A stretch of 64,000 bases of DNA from Octopus sinensis (lineage: Eukaryota). Positions 40,738 through 53,274 of this stretch are shown here, piece after piece. The translations under genes were made by a program, and so were the position numbers. The notes below the pieces were generated by a model, which saw only the letters and a program-made list of their open reading frames with translations, was not told the origin of the DNA and did no database searches. The stretch is from NCBI RefSeq assembly GCF_006345805.1, contig NC_043011.1, positions 19,418,464-19,482,463 of the forward strand, written 5' to 3'. How positions within the stretch are numbered: the first letter of the stretch is position 1; every line of letters begins with the position of its first letter.

Positions 40738-40798
40738 TATGATTGTCACACGCTGACGAGAGGTCAATACCTCGAAACTCGAGTCCGTGTGTATCATA
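40738..40798 (+). ncRNA. Second intact type I hammerhead ribozyme; predicted cleavage after C40785
   Basis: Identical motif 353 bp downstream of the first. Confidence 0.93.
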
Positions 40799-40956
40799 AG
40801 TTAAAGACGGGAAGGATGACTTCCCTTTGCAAATACTGACAGGACACAAATAGTGTGTCTATGGCCAGCTGGAGGAGTGTGTCCTCCTGGGGCTAAAAAC
40901 TACAGTAGCATCCACCCTTAGGGGTTAGCCATATTGAAATGGCAAAAATACGTCAC

Positions 40957-41006
<50 letters not shown>

Positions 41007-41099
41007 TTAGTGCCTCACCGGTTCGATTTCCACTCATTTACTTATTTATTTGATATGTACATATATATATATATTTGTATGTATGTATATATATATATA

Positions 41100-41600
41100 G
41101 GGACCAAAATATGAACATTCTGAAAACATAAATTCATGAATTGCAAAATGGAATACAATTCGCTGAAAAGACTTCTAAAAATTCCGAAGCCCTACACATC
41201 AACCGCGAAACTAACGGTTAAAGAATGTTGATACCCAAACTGTGGAATATTCCCCCAACCTACCGGAATGCTGGGAATTCCTATTCAAACAAGGAGAAAG
41301 GTTCACAATTAAAGCCAACTGTAGATGTGCTTCTGAGGATCTAATTTATGTTAGAAATTGTTCAGGTCGTGTACGTAACTATATACGACTCATCTATGTC
41401 ACTGTGACGGAGAACCTCTCTATATAATGAACAGATCAGGTTCTCACAGTATAGACAGATTCCCTTGAGTGAACACATAGAGACTTGTGCAGGTAACATC
41501 CAACCAAACCTCACAGTTTTCTCCGTCTACAAGTGCAAAGAAACAATTTCTGTTCAAGAACGTTTAAAGAAAGTCTGTTCATGTAAAATTACAGAACACG
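41100..41600 (+). mobile_element. PLE GIY-YIG remnant
   Basis: FKQGERFTIKANCRCASEDLIYVRNCSG..NYI..QIRFSQYRQIPLSEHIETC. Homologous to 51690-51935. Confidence 0.75.
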
Positions 41601-43811
41601 TCAAAATATGAACACATAACTAACTTTGGTCTTTGTATTTATTTTAATTCATGTTCACATGCCCATAAGTGTACATATTTCATCTCACTATTTTACCTTT
41701 TGAGTATATATAAAGATGAGCATTTACCTCCCCTCTCTCCAATAATAACGATGACTAATTACCTCACGTTATATTTGTCTATTCGTTGAATCATTCATTC
41801 ACACACATGAACTAAAATCTTCTTAAGGATATACGAAATTACAATAATTTCAATGTCAGGTATGTATGTATGCATGTATGCATACAGATAGATAGATATT
41901 TTGGTTCAACATATTCAGGGCATAACATCTTTGTTTCTCTTTTTCTTTTTTTTTGTGGAAAATTATAAAATATGATACGACATAAAGGTCGTATACTGAA
42001 AACTACAATTATAGAATATAGTGTTTGTCTCAAAATTAAAAAAAAGCTAATTCTTTATCATAGTTGATCTATTTGGAAGATGTCCAGTGCATTAATTTTC
42101 ATTTATTCTTTTATAATCTTATGGAGAGTATGTCTAAATGAATTCTCATTATATGAATACTGTTTACACATTTTTCAATTGATTAGATATATTTGAATAT
42201 ATATGTATGGTTAATATTCTCGGTATATCAATATATAATCTAACTGTAGCAAATTGTTTAAATCAGTCATAGCAATAATAAATCATCTTCAAGAAATCAA
42301 CTGTTTCGACGCAAATATTAACTGATGTAGGAAATAAATATAAAGTTATAAGTTAACCTATTGTGCAGAATTCTTCGTAAATCATTTGGGGTTTTTTTTA
42401 CCATGCATATTTATCATTCGAGTAATAATATTTGATGTAATGCATCGATTGTGGCATGTAATGTTCAATATTTAGAATCAACATCTCTATAATTATCTCC
42501 AGTATATCTGTGACCGTAAATCATTTTGAATATTTATTTCAAGTTTCGTAATTCTTAAAGACATATACGTTGAATATATTGATTAGTGAAACGTTGGTGC
42601 TGCAGCACTGTGTCTACTCAGGTGAGATTTAAAAGTTAAAACTTTATTCTAAATATCGTAGAAAATCAACCTGTACATATGTTGTGCATAGAAGTAAATA
42701 TGTAACATTAAGGTACTGACTCTATTTGAGATATTGAGCTAGAATGATATTGAAATGTCAAGTTAAAAATATGTAATTCGTATTGACATTCTGTTGTACG
42801 AACTCCGCTGCTAAATTTTTTTTACTGTAAAAAGAGAAATATATGTCAGTTGACATGCCAATTCAATGATCATATAATTTATTTCGTTATCTTCTTTAAA
42901 GTATTTCTGAGTATTTTAAACTCTAAATACTAGGAAAGCTTCATAATTTGCCATATTAACCCTCAGTGATTTAGTGCCTGTTATTTCAGTCTTCTATGCG
43001 ACAACTTTTGTAATGCCTGAAAATACGACCAATATCGTGTTCCACTGTAAATGTTTGCTGATCACGGATTTCATAATTGCATCTGTAGTTTAATGAGAGG
43101 ATGTCGGTCTAATTCCAGATTATGGAGGAGAGTGGAGAAGGTGTTTGATTTTTTGTTAGGTCCATATTATTGTTGAATATATGCAAGCTTTATAGAACTA
43201 TAGTGAGAAAACAATATTTTACAAGAAATTGCAAGTCCCCAGAATATTATGAGATATATGTGTTGTGATGTATGAGAACTAAGTAATTGGATCATATAAA
43301 TTCTTATATATTACATTAAATGTGAAAATAAACTGTATAATATAGATTTCATTGAGATCTCGCCAACATGCAGTAGGCCTAATGGCTTATTGATGAATCT
43401 AATTATACTAAATTAATTGGTGCACTTTTAGAATTTGTAACACAACCATTTAGTGGTTAATTGGGAATAACTGACTTATATTGAGGTTTTCGTAGATGTT
43501 GTAATGATAATATTTGCAGCTTCATTATTTTATGAATCATTACTTTATACACGTTTCACAGAGAAAATGGAGATACTTTTCCAACAAAGTCATTTCATAT
43601 CTGTGCGTTTATAATTAGACATTCTAAGTAAATTACTCCAGAATTACTAGCATGTAGCATGGAAATGCAATAAAGCATAGCGAAGTTTTAATAAAGTATA
43701 CAAAAATTTCTACAAAAATTTCTACAAATTTCTACAAAGATTTTACTGTCATTAAATCCTATTCTAAATTTCTTTTGCAGAGATCTTCTTGTACACAGTG
43801 TAACAATCCCT

Positions 43812-45089
43812 TACACTTGCGGGACTCCACACAGACATGCAGGAAGTAAATAGACACTTTTAAGTTTCATTTTTAAAAATTTAATACACAAAGCGAATAA
43901 GTGAAAGGTAATCGATAAGTAGTTGACATTCCTTTTGCAGTTTTTAATTCAGAACTATTTTTGGTATCGAACAGCTGAGCTTTGTGATTGTCTCTTGTGG
44001 AATTTCTGCCCACTTTTCTCGCAACAATCGAAATAATTCATCTTTAGATGTAGGTTTCTGTCAAGTTCTTCGTATAGCTCTATCTAGTATGCTCCAACGA
44101 TTTTCAATTTGGTTCATGACAGAAGATTGGCTCGGCCAAGGAAACTTTTTGATCCCATTTTCAGTCAACCATTGTTGATTCCTTTTCGCTGTGTGGCATG
44201 GAACTCCATCGTCCATGAATAAAACACATTTTTCGTTATGTTGTAGCCTTAAGCAAGGGCTACTTCCAATGGGAATACATTGGAAGTAGCCCTTGCTTAA
44301 GTATTTCGATGTATTTTGCAGAGTTTATGGTTCCAACATATTCGATCAACTCAGAACGACCACTGCTGGTGAGAGCTCCCCTTACCATTACAGAGTCGTT
44401 TCGAATCAAATTCTTGATTGGGAAGACTCCAGAACCAAACACGTTCACTGTCTGAAAATAATGCAAATCTGGATTCATCTGGGAATATCTCTATACCAAA
44501 ATGAACTGGATTTTTCTGACATTTCTTTATCCCATTTCTTTCTTTTCATGATACTAATTGGTTGAAGGAGAGGTTTTCTTCTAGCTGCTAGTCCATAATA
44601 AAATGCTTATGCAGATATATAACATACGTTCTTGGACTAACATCTAGCTGTTTTGCAATGTGAGACGCCTTCGAATAGGGTTCGTTTTCCACAATTCTCT
44701 TCAAATAGCGAAGCTTCCTTTCCGAGGGCCCAGGTTGGCCGGGACGAGAATCTGCTGACTCTTTACGTTGGCTTTTGAATTGCACTATAATTCTATTAAC
44801 AGCAAGAAGAGGAATTTGAAGATTTTCGGCAATCTTTCGCTGGTTAAGACCAGCCTCAGATTGCCCAACAATACGATTTCTTTGAAATTCTGACAGTTCT
44901 GCTGAATATTTTGTGCGTGGCATGGCTACTCTTCACAAAGGTTCAATATAATGGCACCTGGAATGAAAAAGAATAATTACATTGTAAATTCTACACTGCT
45001 GCAAACATATTAAGACGCTTAAATAAGAAATTTTGAAAATTAAAGGTGTTTATTTACTTCCTACATGTCTGTGTGCAGTTCAAAATGTA
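43812..45089 (-). mobile_element. Tc1-like transposon with a pseudogenised transposase
   Basis: ORF 44588-44923 gives the HTH region ([20 protein letters not shown]..). Downstream: SVMVRGALTSSG, FMDDGVPCHTAK, WPSQS..NQIEN.W. TIR core CACACAGACATG.AGGAAGTAAATA.ACAC is present at both ends. Confidence 0.88.
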
Positions 45090-45789
45090 TGTATGGTACA
45101 AGTATGCTTTCTTGAAATGCAATCAATATTCACAAATAAATATTTGTGATGTGAACTTACTTTATTAATATCTTTGAATTTAATAAATGGTAATAAAAAA
45201 TATTTAATTGAAGCAGTAAATAGGAAAAATTTAATTTATTGGTTTTGAGAAACGATAGTATTTTTTTGATAAATTCAATTTTGTACAAATAATTTTATCG
45301 ACTGATTTAATATAAGAAAATCGGAAAAGTACTATAATAGTGGAAGGAAATTAATATACTAAACTCTGAAATGTGGCTTGATTTATTTCTTCGTTTACTT
45401 TATTTGCAATATTCCTTGTAGCATACTTATGTAACCAAATCGCCTTTCTAGCTACTGAAGCTATGTCATATATATATTTTTCTTTCACGGTGCTGCTCCA
45501 GCATGACCACAGCTGCATGGTTGAAAAGAGTAAAGGAATAAAAGAACAAAAGAATATTGGTAATAACTAAGGACAGTAATGGTACATAATATAATGACAT
45601 TCAGGGGTAATTTCATGTTCGTACGTATAGCTTTGATTTTATAGCATAAAACATCACCATGTTCGTTTCTTCTTGATAAGCTCGAGTAATAATTGCTTTA
45701 CAACATCCAATGAATCGTTTCTCCAGCATAATGGTGACTTCCATGTGTAGGCCACCCTTGTAAAATCATTCACAGTTTATATAATTCCA

Positions 45790-45794
45790 CTTTT

Positions 45795-45850
<56 letters not shown>

Positions 45851-45891
45851 TATCATAATCATCATCATCATCATCCTCATCGTCCTCGTCG

Positions 45892-45938
<47 letters not shown>

Positions 45939-47500
45939 TTAAAATATGGTCCGTTGTCTTCTGCTGAACCGGGGTCATCCCTTAACCCTATGGTCACAGC
46001 AGGTCCTCATCTTATGAAGAGTACACGGCGTAAAATGTGTGCGGTACCTAGCAGCACTATTTTCTGAAGTTCTCCCACGTTAACACTGCAAGAAAGTTTG
46101 TTGAGCCGCTATCAAGGCCCTTTTTAACTAGCCCTAACGCCCTAATAACACCGGTGCTGTGTTGCTTTTCATTCCCCACATCTTGGTCACTTCTATTTCT
46201 AGGTCTTTGTACTTAAATAACTTCTTAACTTCTTTCATGGACACATTTCTCTCTGATGGTACTGTCACATTTATCATTAAGTATTTCATTTTCGCCCGTA
46301 TTTGCCTTGATTTCTTTTTTCGGTGTTGATTGGCATGTCCCAGAGTACTATTACATCATCTTTTCCGGTCACAGTTTCTGGTTTATGCTGCTACCATCTT
46401 TCTGAAGTTGGAAGCTGGTAGTGTTTACATATCTTCCAATCTATATATTGCGCTACTGTATCGTGTCTATGAGTATATTCAATTTTTGCAAGCACTGTGC
46501 ATCCAGTTAAGGTGTGGTCCCCTGTTTCATCCTGCTCATGACACATTCTGCATTTTGGGTCAGTGCCATCGTTCATTATTTTGTTGTGGTAAGCCATTGT
46601 TGCCAAGCTTTGATCTTGTGCTGCTATGATAAAACCTTTAGTCCTGAGATCGACTTTGCCTTTCATCCTTCAGGGTCGATTGAATAAGTACCAGTTACGC
46701 ACTGGGCCGATGTAATCGACTTAATCTCTTTGTCTGTCCTTGTTTGTCCACTCTATGTTTAGCCCCTTGCGGGCAATAAAGAAATAAAAATATTACATTA
46801 AACACATTTGGTAGCGCTGCGTGTTAAATATCGAGACCATGTGATTGGTGTCCCACCATGCCCTGGTGGCTTTCGGTTTCTTGTTTAGCAGCATGTATCC
46901 AACTTCGTCTGTTGTTATGGCATCCCAAGTTTGTACGGAAGTTGTTTTCATTGCTTTTCACAATCTCGTCTCTGGTAATTCCTTAGCTGTCCATATTCCA
47001 CCTTAAAAAGTTCTCTAATTCTCTTGTTGCTTCGGCATTGATTTCTATATCTTGCATTTCTGAAGAAAATCATTTTGTGCTGAGGCAGAACTGTTTGTTG
47101 TATTCAAAGAATCGCTGTCATTTTTAACGTTCTACAATTTTTTGCCGTAGATTTTCTGTTTCGAGCGTTCTTTGATTTTAGGCATTCTTTTTTAAGTTAT
47201 ATTATGCAGTATTTGTCACACTTTCCTTTATTCAGTCTTGGTATTGCGTTATTGATTTCATTAAAAATTGAGATTAATTTTGTTTCGTTTTCTGCATTTT
47301 TGTTTCCCATGATGTTTTCTCGGTGTTTCATATTTCTTTATGACTACGACTAGCTTAGCGATATTCATGTGTGCTACTTTCAATGAAGTCTCCTATTGTT
47401 ATTCTTATGTTTGTTGCTATTTTGTTGTTACTTTTAAATTTGGGAGATACTTTCATTGATTCATGCTCATTGTTTTATATTATTCGTATTATTACACCGT
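45790..47500 (-). mobile_element. R4/Dong-like LINE remnant with (TAA)n(TGA)n tail; RT core missing
   Basis: FIIAAQDQSLAT..KCRMCHEQDETGDHTLTGC..EYTHRHDTVAQYIDWKIC (CCHC knuckle), followed by degenerate RLE motifs and the tail at 45790-45940. Pre-RT sequence lies at 46790-47500. Confidence 0.82.
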
Positions 47501-47691
47501 CCACGTCAACATTATCAATGTATTAGACGTAATACGTGATAGTATTTGTTAAAGCTCTTTGTGTTCCGAGTTCAAATTCCACTGTGACCAAATTCGCCAT
47601 TCATTTTTTCCGTGATCGATAAAATAACGCTGTAATCAATTACTGCAGTCGATTGAATCAACTCATCCGCTCTCTTTTTCTCTCTCTCTCT

Positions 47692-47734
<43 letters not shown>

Positions 47735-49090
47735 AAAATACTGACATTGTGGGTGAATTGAAAATTATTATCACGCTTATTTCGTTGTTATTTTTGTTGT
47801 TATTCACAGCTAATCTGCTCAGGTATAGTTTCAAATCAATCTTCAAAGGGTTATTTTTTATAAATTTCAACTGCATTGAATAATATTTCTTTCCAGAGAT
47901 TTTCGTGCAAACAAAAAAACATTCAGCGGAATTGAAAGTTCAAAAGTGTTTCGCTTCGTTTTTAGACACATATATCTTTACATATGTCCAAAAGCGATTG
48001 AGCAAGAATTAACAAGATTCAATTTCAAAACAAATATGCAACAAGCGGAAAAAAATTTTTATCCATAATATTTTTATTGTGAGTATTCTAAGCAACATTT
48101 TAGCAACGGTAGCAAATCCTACACAGCATTAACCCACGTAAATATGAGGAGAAATTTGTTGCTGTTGATAACATTTATTTTTATCCAGCTCTTAAGTATT
48201 TCGTTGATTAATACTGTCTGTAAATTAGCACGCCGGAATTAGTACGCCTGGATAAATGCTCAGTGGAATTTCGTCCGTTTTTACGTTCTTTGCTCAGATT
48301 CCACTGAGATCGACTTTAGCTTTCATCCTTTCGTAGTCAATAGAATAAGTACCAGTTGAACACTACGGACGACGTAATCGATTTTTCCCTTTCCCAAAAT
48401 TACTGGCCTTCGAAACCAATATTGGCTGTAACTATCGAGGATATGGTTTGCTTAATTCACATGAACATTAAAATCACAAATCGACCCTAGAATTTTTTTT
48501 CTCTGTAGAGTATTATCAGAGGAAGGCATTAAAAATGAGTACCTTGTGTAGACAGCCCAGCAGCTACACATGTCGAAGTAAATCTGTTTCATAGATTTCT
48601 GCCCAGAAGGACAAAGCGAAGAAAAACAATAGCAGCATACCATGGTGATTACCGGTTCAAAAACGACAACAACGCGACATTAAGACTACACTGGAAAAAT
48701 ATCTTCCGTCAATAAAAGGAAAATTTCCAGTCCTTGCTTTAATAGACACATGATTCCATTTCCTTTGCACTCACATCTGACAATATAATAATCATCGAAG
48801 AGACAGCAATAACCGCAATAACTGCGTATGGTAAATAACCAGGAAGCCCTTCATCAGCTCAATACAATTCCCAATCCAATTCAGGTATGAGGTTCGGGAA
48901 CAGAAGCCGAAATTCCAGCACATATTTTCATCCAAAGGTACACATTTCCCCACCCACCCCACGAAGAACAATCGAATTAGGAAGTAAAAATTTGCGGTGG
49001 AGACCAATTCCTCATTTGGGCAGTCACATTGCTATGAAGGCGTATTTATTTACAGGCAAGCAAAAGCATTGTATGTATGTATATATGTAT

Positions 49091-49145
<55 letters not shown>

Positions 49146-49174
49146 TATATACATATATACACATATATATATAA

Positions 49175-49212
<38 letters not shown>

Positions 49213-49251
49213 TATATATATACATATATATACATGCATATATATATATAA

Positions 49252-49294
<43 letters not shown>

Positions 49295-49299
49295 ATATA

Positions 49300-49657
49300 T
49301 ATAAACGGCAGTTTGTCTGTGTGTGTTTCTGTGTGTCTGTTAGGTTGTACCGTCACCCTGACCACGGCTTTCAACCGATTCTGATGAAACTTGACACACA
49401 CATAGCCCAATGTCATAATTCAAAACTAACGCAGAGAAAATTTTGAAAAGTTCCCCGAGTTCTGAAAAAAATCGATAAATTCGACATGGGGTCGAGAATC
49501 AGAAACACAAACCACAGACTGTCTAGGGGACGCAACTCGACCTTTTTAACTAAAAAAATTACCATCATTTTTGTTCCATTTTTTGGCTATCACTCTCTAA
49601 AAATGCTTTATAGTTATTTCCCTTACAAACCCGAGCAACACCGGGCAATACTGCTAG
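49300..49657 (+). mobile_element. Non-autonomous Helitron-like element
   Basis: (GTCT/GTGT)n near the 5' end, CCGATTCTGATGAAACTT core, 3' hairpin CCCG..CGGG and CTAG terminus followed by T. Confidence 0.75.
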
Positions 49658-49724
<67 letters not shown>

Positions 49725-49725
<1 letters not shown>

Positions 49726-49839
49726 CAATTGCAGCGCGGAAGGTGTTTATAAGCCATTTACGAATCACACCTCAAACATAAATTCAATGTGAAAAATATT
49801 TTCATCGTTTTCAGACCGCGACCTGACAAAATTCCCTGC

Positions 49840-49843
<4 letters not shown>
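49725..49843 (-). mobile_element. Solo copy of the 2254-family PLE terminus between (TA)n tracts
   Basis: Starts ACAATTGCAGCGCGGAAGGTGTTTATAA and ends GCTGCA; homologous to 2254-2398. Confidence 0.75.
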
Positions 49844-49933
<90 letters not shown>

Positions 49934-49938
49934 CATAT

Positions 49939-51237
49939 ACTTTGATACTTTGATAGGTTTCGGCCATTATTGGCCCAGGCCATGTCTAACTTAATAGCAC
50001 CACCTGGTGAAGTCTTTCAAGTCAGAATTTGGGCACTATGGCCCACTCAAGTAGAGAGTTATTGTTTACAGAGACATATCCGGGTGTAGGGGGTTTATCC
50101 GGGATTTCTTGAAGGAATCTGTCCAAAGACGTCTTGAACCCTATAGGGTCTGTTTCTGTTTTAATGTGTTTTGGTGTAATGTTAAAGAGAGCGGGGCCAA
50201 TTGAGGTGAAATAATTGTGCCGTATTGTTGTTATGAGATGAGAGTGCGATTTTTGTTTTGGGCGAATGGCACGTGGCCCAAGCCTTGGATGTACCTTAAA
50301 GAAGGTGATGCTAACATCATTTGGGCAATGCTGATGGAATATTTTCCACATCATGCAGATGATGTAGCGCTCACGGCGACGTTGGAGAGAATAAAGTTTT
50401 AGCTTTTCTAGTCGACCCCAATAGTCGAGGCCTGTCATGACATCTATCTTTTTTGTGATTGCCCTTTGAGGTGCTTCAACTTTTATGATACTTTGTTTTG
50501 TGTGGGGAGACCACAGTGGACAACAGTATTCAAGGTGGGGTCGGGCAAAAGTGGAGAAGAGAAGGATAATGGTGTGGATATCTCTCGACTGGAAAGTTCT
50601 GAGAGTCCAGGAACACATTCTGCGGGCCATGTCAACTTTGGTGTGTATATGAGTGGCCCAGCTTATGTTGTTGTCCACAATTACTCCCAAGTCTCTGATG
50701 TTGTTGGATGCCACGAGAGTTTCACCTGAAGGAAGGGAGTATGGGAGTTTCAGGGCATCCTCTTTTCCAAAGTGGATTAACTCAAATTTATCCTCGTTCA
50801 GCAGCATATTGTTTTTTTCTGCCCATTGGATAACAGCCAGTAGATCTGACTGAAGGCATGTCCGGTCACTCGCCTCATTTATGACCTTTTGGAGCTTGGA
50901 ATCATCTGCAAAGATTTTTATGTTGCTGCGCTTGATGATGTCATTGACGTCATTAATGTAGATGATGAAAAGAAGTGGGCCCAACACAGTGCCTTACTGA
51001 CTTTGGCTGGGCTTGATTTTTACCCCTTCAACTACAACATGTTGAGATCTGTCTTTCAGGAAACACTTGATTCATTTCAGTAACTTTCCAGAGACACCAA
51101 TGTTGGATAGTTTTTTCAATAGGAGCTTGTGATCAACCCTGTCGAAGGCCTTGCTGAAATCAAGGTAGATGACATCGGTGTTGGAGCCCTCTCCCAAATC
51201 TTTCAAAATATCATCAAAGTGATGCAGGAGCTGCGTT
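49939..51237 (-). mobile_element. 5'-truncated CR1-group LINE: RT core and C-terminus, well preserved
   Basis: [56 protein letters not shown]; 321-aa open stretch at 50022-50987. Ends in a GGCC hairpin and (TATCAAAG)x2. Confidence 0.92.
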
Positions 51238-51274
51238 ATATAAATATATATGTATGTATGTATATATATGTATA

Positions 51275-51398
<124 letters not shown>

Positions 51399-51472
51399 TA
51401 TATATGCACACATATATATATAAACGTACATATATATACATATATATATATGTATGTATGTATATATTTATA

Positions 51473-51597
51473 ACAATTGCAGCGTGAAGGTGTTTAGAAG
51501 CTATTTACGAAACACACTTCAACATTTAAATTATATGAATGAAAATAAGTTCGTCGCTTTTAGACTGCGACCTGTTTACTGACAAAAATCCGTGCTG

Positions 51598-51598
<1 letters not shown>
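51473..51598 (-). mobile_element. Solo copy of the 2254-family PLE terminus
   Basis: ACAATTGCAGCGTGAAGGTGTTTAG..GACAAAAATCCGTGCTG. Confidence 0.75.
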
Positions 51599-51628
<30 letters not shown>

Positions 51629-51689
51629 TTTTCAATATATCGACCGGTTTCGCCATCGGTAATCATGATATTATGTTTTACTCTTCGTT

Positions 51690-51935
51690 TACTAACTCTT
51701 CATTTACTAACTGGAGATCCAAATGTGAACGAGATCCTGAAAACACAAACACTCATCAAATGCACAAAACAAGACAAATCGCTAAAAAGACTAGTAACAA
51801 ATGCGAAGCTTTGCAAAATATCCACGAAACCAACGGTTGAAAAGTGTGGACGCCCAAACTGTGGAACCTGCCGCAACCTGCTTGAAGGCTCTGATATTCT
51901 TTTCAAACAAGGACAGAGGTTCACAATTAAAACAA
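51690..51935 (+). mobile_element. PLE linker and pre-GIY-YIG Cys-motif fragment
   Basis: KQDKSLKRLVTNAKL..KCGRPNCGTC..FKQGQRFTIK; homologous to 41100-41320. Confidence 0.75.
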
Positions 51936-52235
51936 CTCACCACGTGGGGATAATAGAAATTCCTCTTTTCTGCTACTACTATATGTATATATATATGTGT
52001 ATATATATATATATATATATAATATATATATATATATAATTGTTTGTGTGTGTATGTATATATATATATATAATACGTATATATATGTATTTATACAGGC
52101 ACATATATACTTAGATATGCTCGTATATTACAAAGTACAAGTCTGTGTGTGTATGTCTATTTGACTGCTTGATAAAATATACTACACATATATATATATA
52201 CCAACTTTACCAACAAACCAACTTTCTTATCTATA

Positions 52236-52275
<40 letters not shown>

Positions 52276-52855
52276 TTACTGAGAGACAGTTAAGGGAAAA
52301 CAAATTTCGTGTTTACCTGTGATCTATTTGTGTGCGCCTTTGATATGTTAGTCTTGAGTGATAACTTCTGTGCATGATTAATATAAAAGACTTGTGCTCA
52401 ATGTAAACATAACGTATGCAATTCCTTTTGCAGAAATTCCAAATTTTCAGTTACTAGTATTGTTTTTTTTTACCCAAGGCTATTTAATAACAACCGTAAA
52501 TAAATCATTATATTGTAGTGGCGAAAAATATTTTAACTGATATGTCGTTCTTAACAATATGATTCATATGATGTGGAAAAAAGAAAATATATTGACTTCA
52601 CGTTGTCAAATTTTATTTCATTACTTTTTACATATCAGTGCGCCTACATAAATATTATTTTTTAATTGAGTTGTGTGTTTTCTAAGACTGTATTGAAATA
52701 TAAATTTTCACGAACAGAATGTGTCTGCCAAAGTTACTAATAATGATCGTTTTCTGTCTGAAAACATACAGATAGTCATAAATAGATATACGCATATACG
52801 TATGTGTCTGTGTTTGTGTGTGCTTGCATATTATGAATATTTACGAATGTGTGTG

Positions 52856-52888
<33 letters not shown>

Positions 52889-53007
52889 GCATTTATATCC
52901 ATCTATATCCATATACATTCATATATATATATATATATATATCTATATATGCAAATGTGTATATTTATACAGACATATATATATCCATGTATGTATATAT
53001 GTATATT

Positions 53008-53070
<63 letters not shown>

Positions 53071-53135
53071 CATATATATATATTATATATTTGCACACAC
53101 ACACATATATATATATATATACATAAACACATACA

Positions 53136-53178
<43 letters not shown>

Positions 53179-53215
53179 TATATATACATGTCTATATATT
53201 CCCCTACATATGTGC

Positions 53216-53274
<59 letters not shown>

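Larger units (their letters stand above)
40048..40956 (+). mobile_element. Non-LTR retrozyme-like tandem array: 353-bp unit x ~2.6, flanked by (TA)n
   Basis: Units start at 40048, 40401 and 40754, and I see only about 3 substitutions among them. Each junction has a hammerhead core. No credible coding capacity. Confidence 0.9.

Noticed and set aside
40048-40956. CRISPR-like or ordinary satellite interpretation of the array
   Set aside because: No unique spacers, eukaryotic context, and the ribozymes explain the unit.
43690-43745. TACAAAAATTTC x3-4 minisatellite
   Set aside because: Ordinary slippage repeat with no further structure.
49950-49990. GGCC(AATAAT)GGCC-GAAAC on the minus strand as a hammerhead
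   Set aside because: No CUGANGA core or stem I; better explained as the CR1 3' hairpin before the octamer tail.
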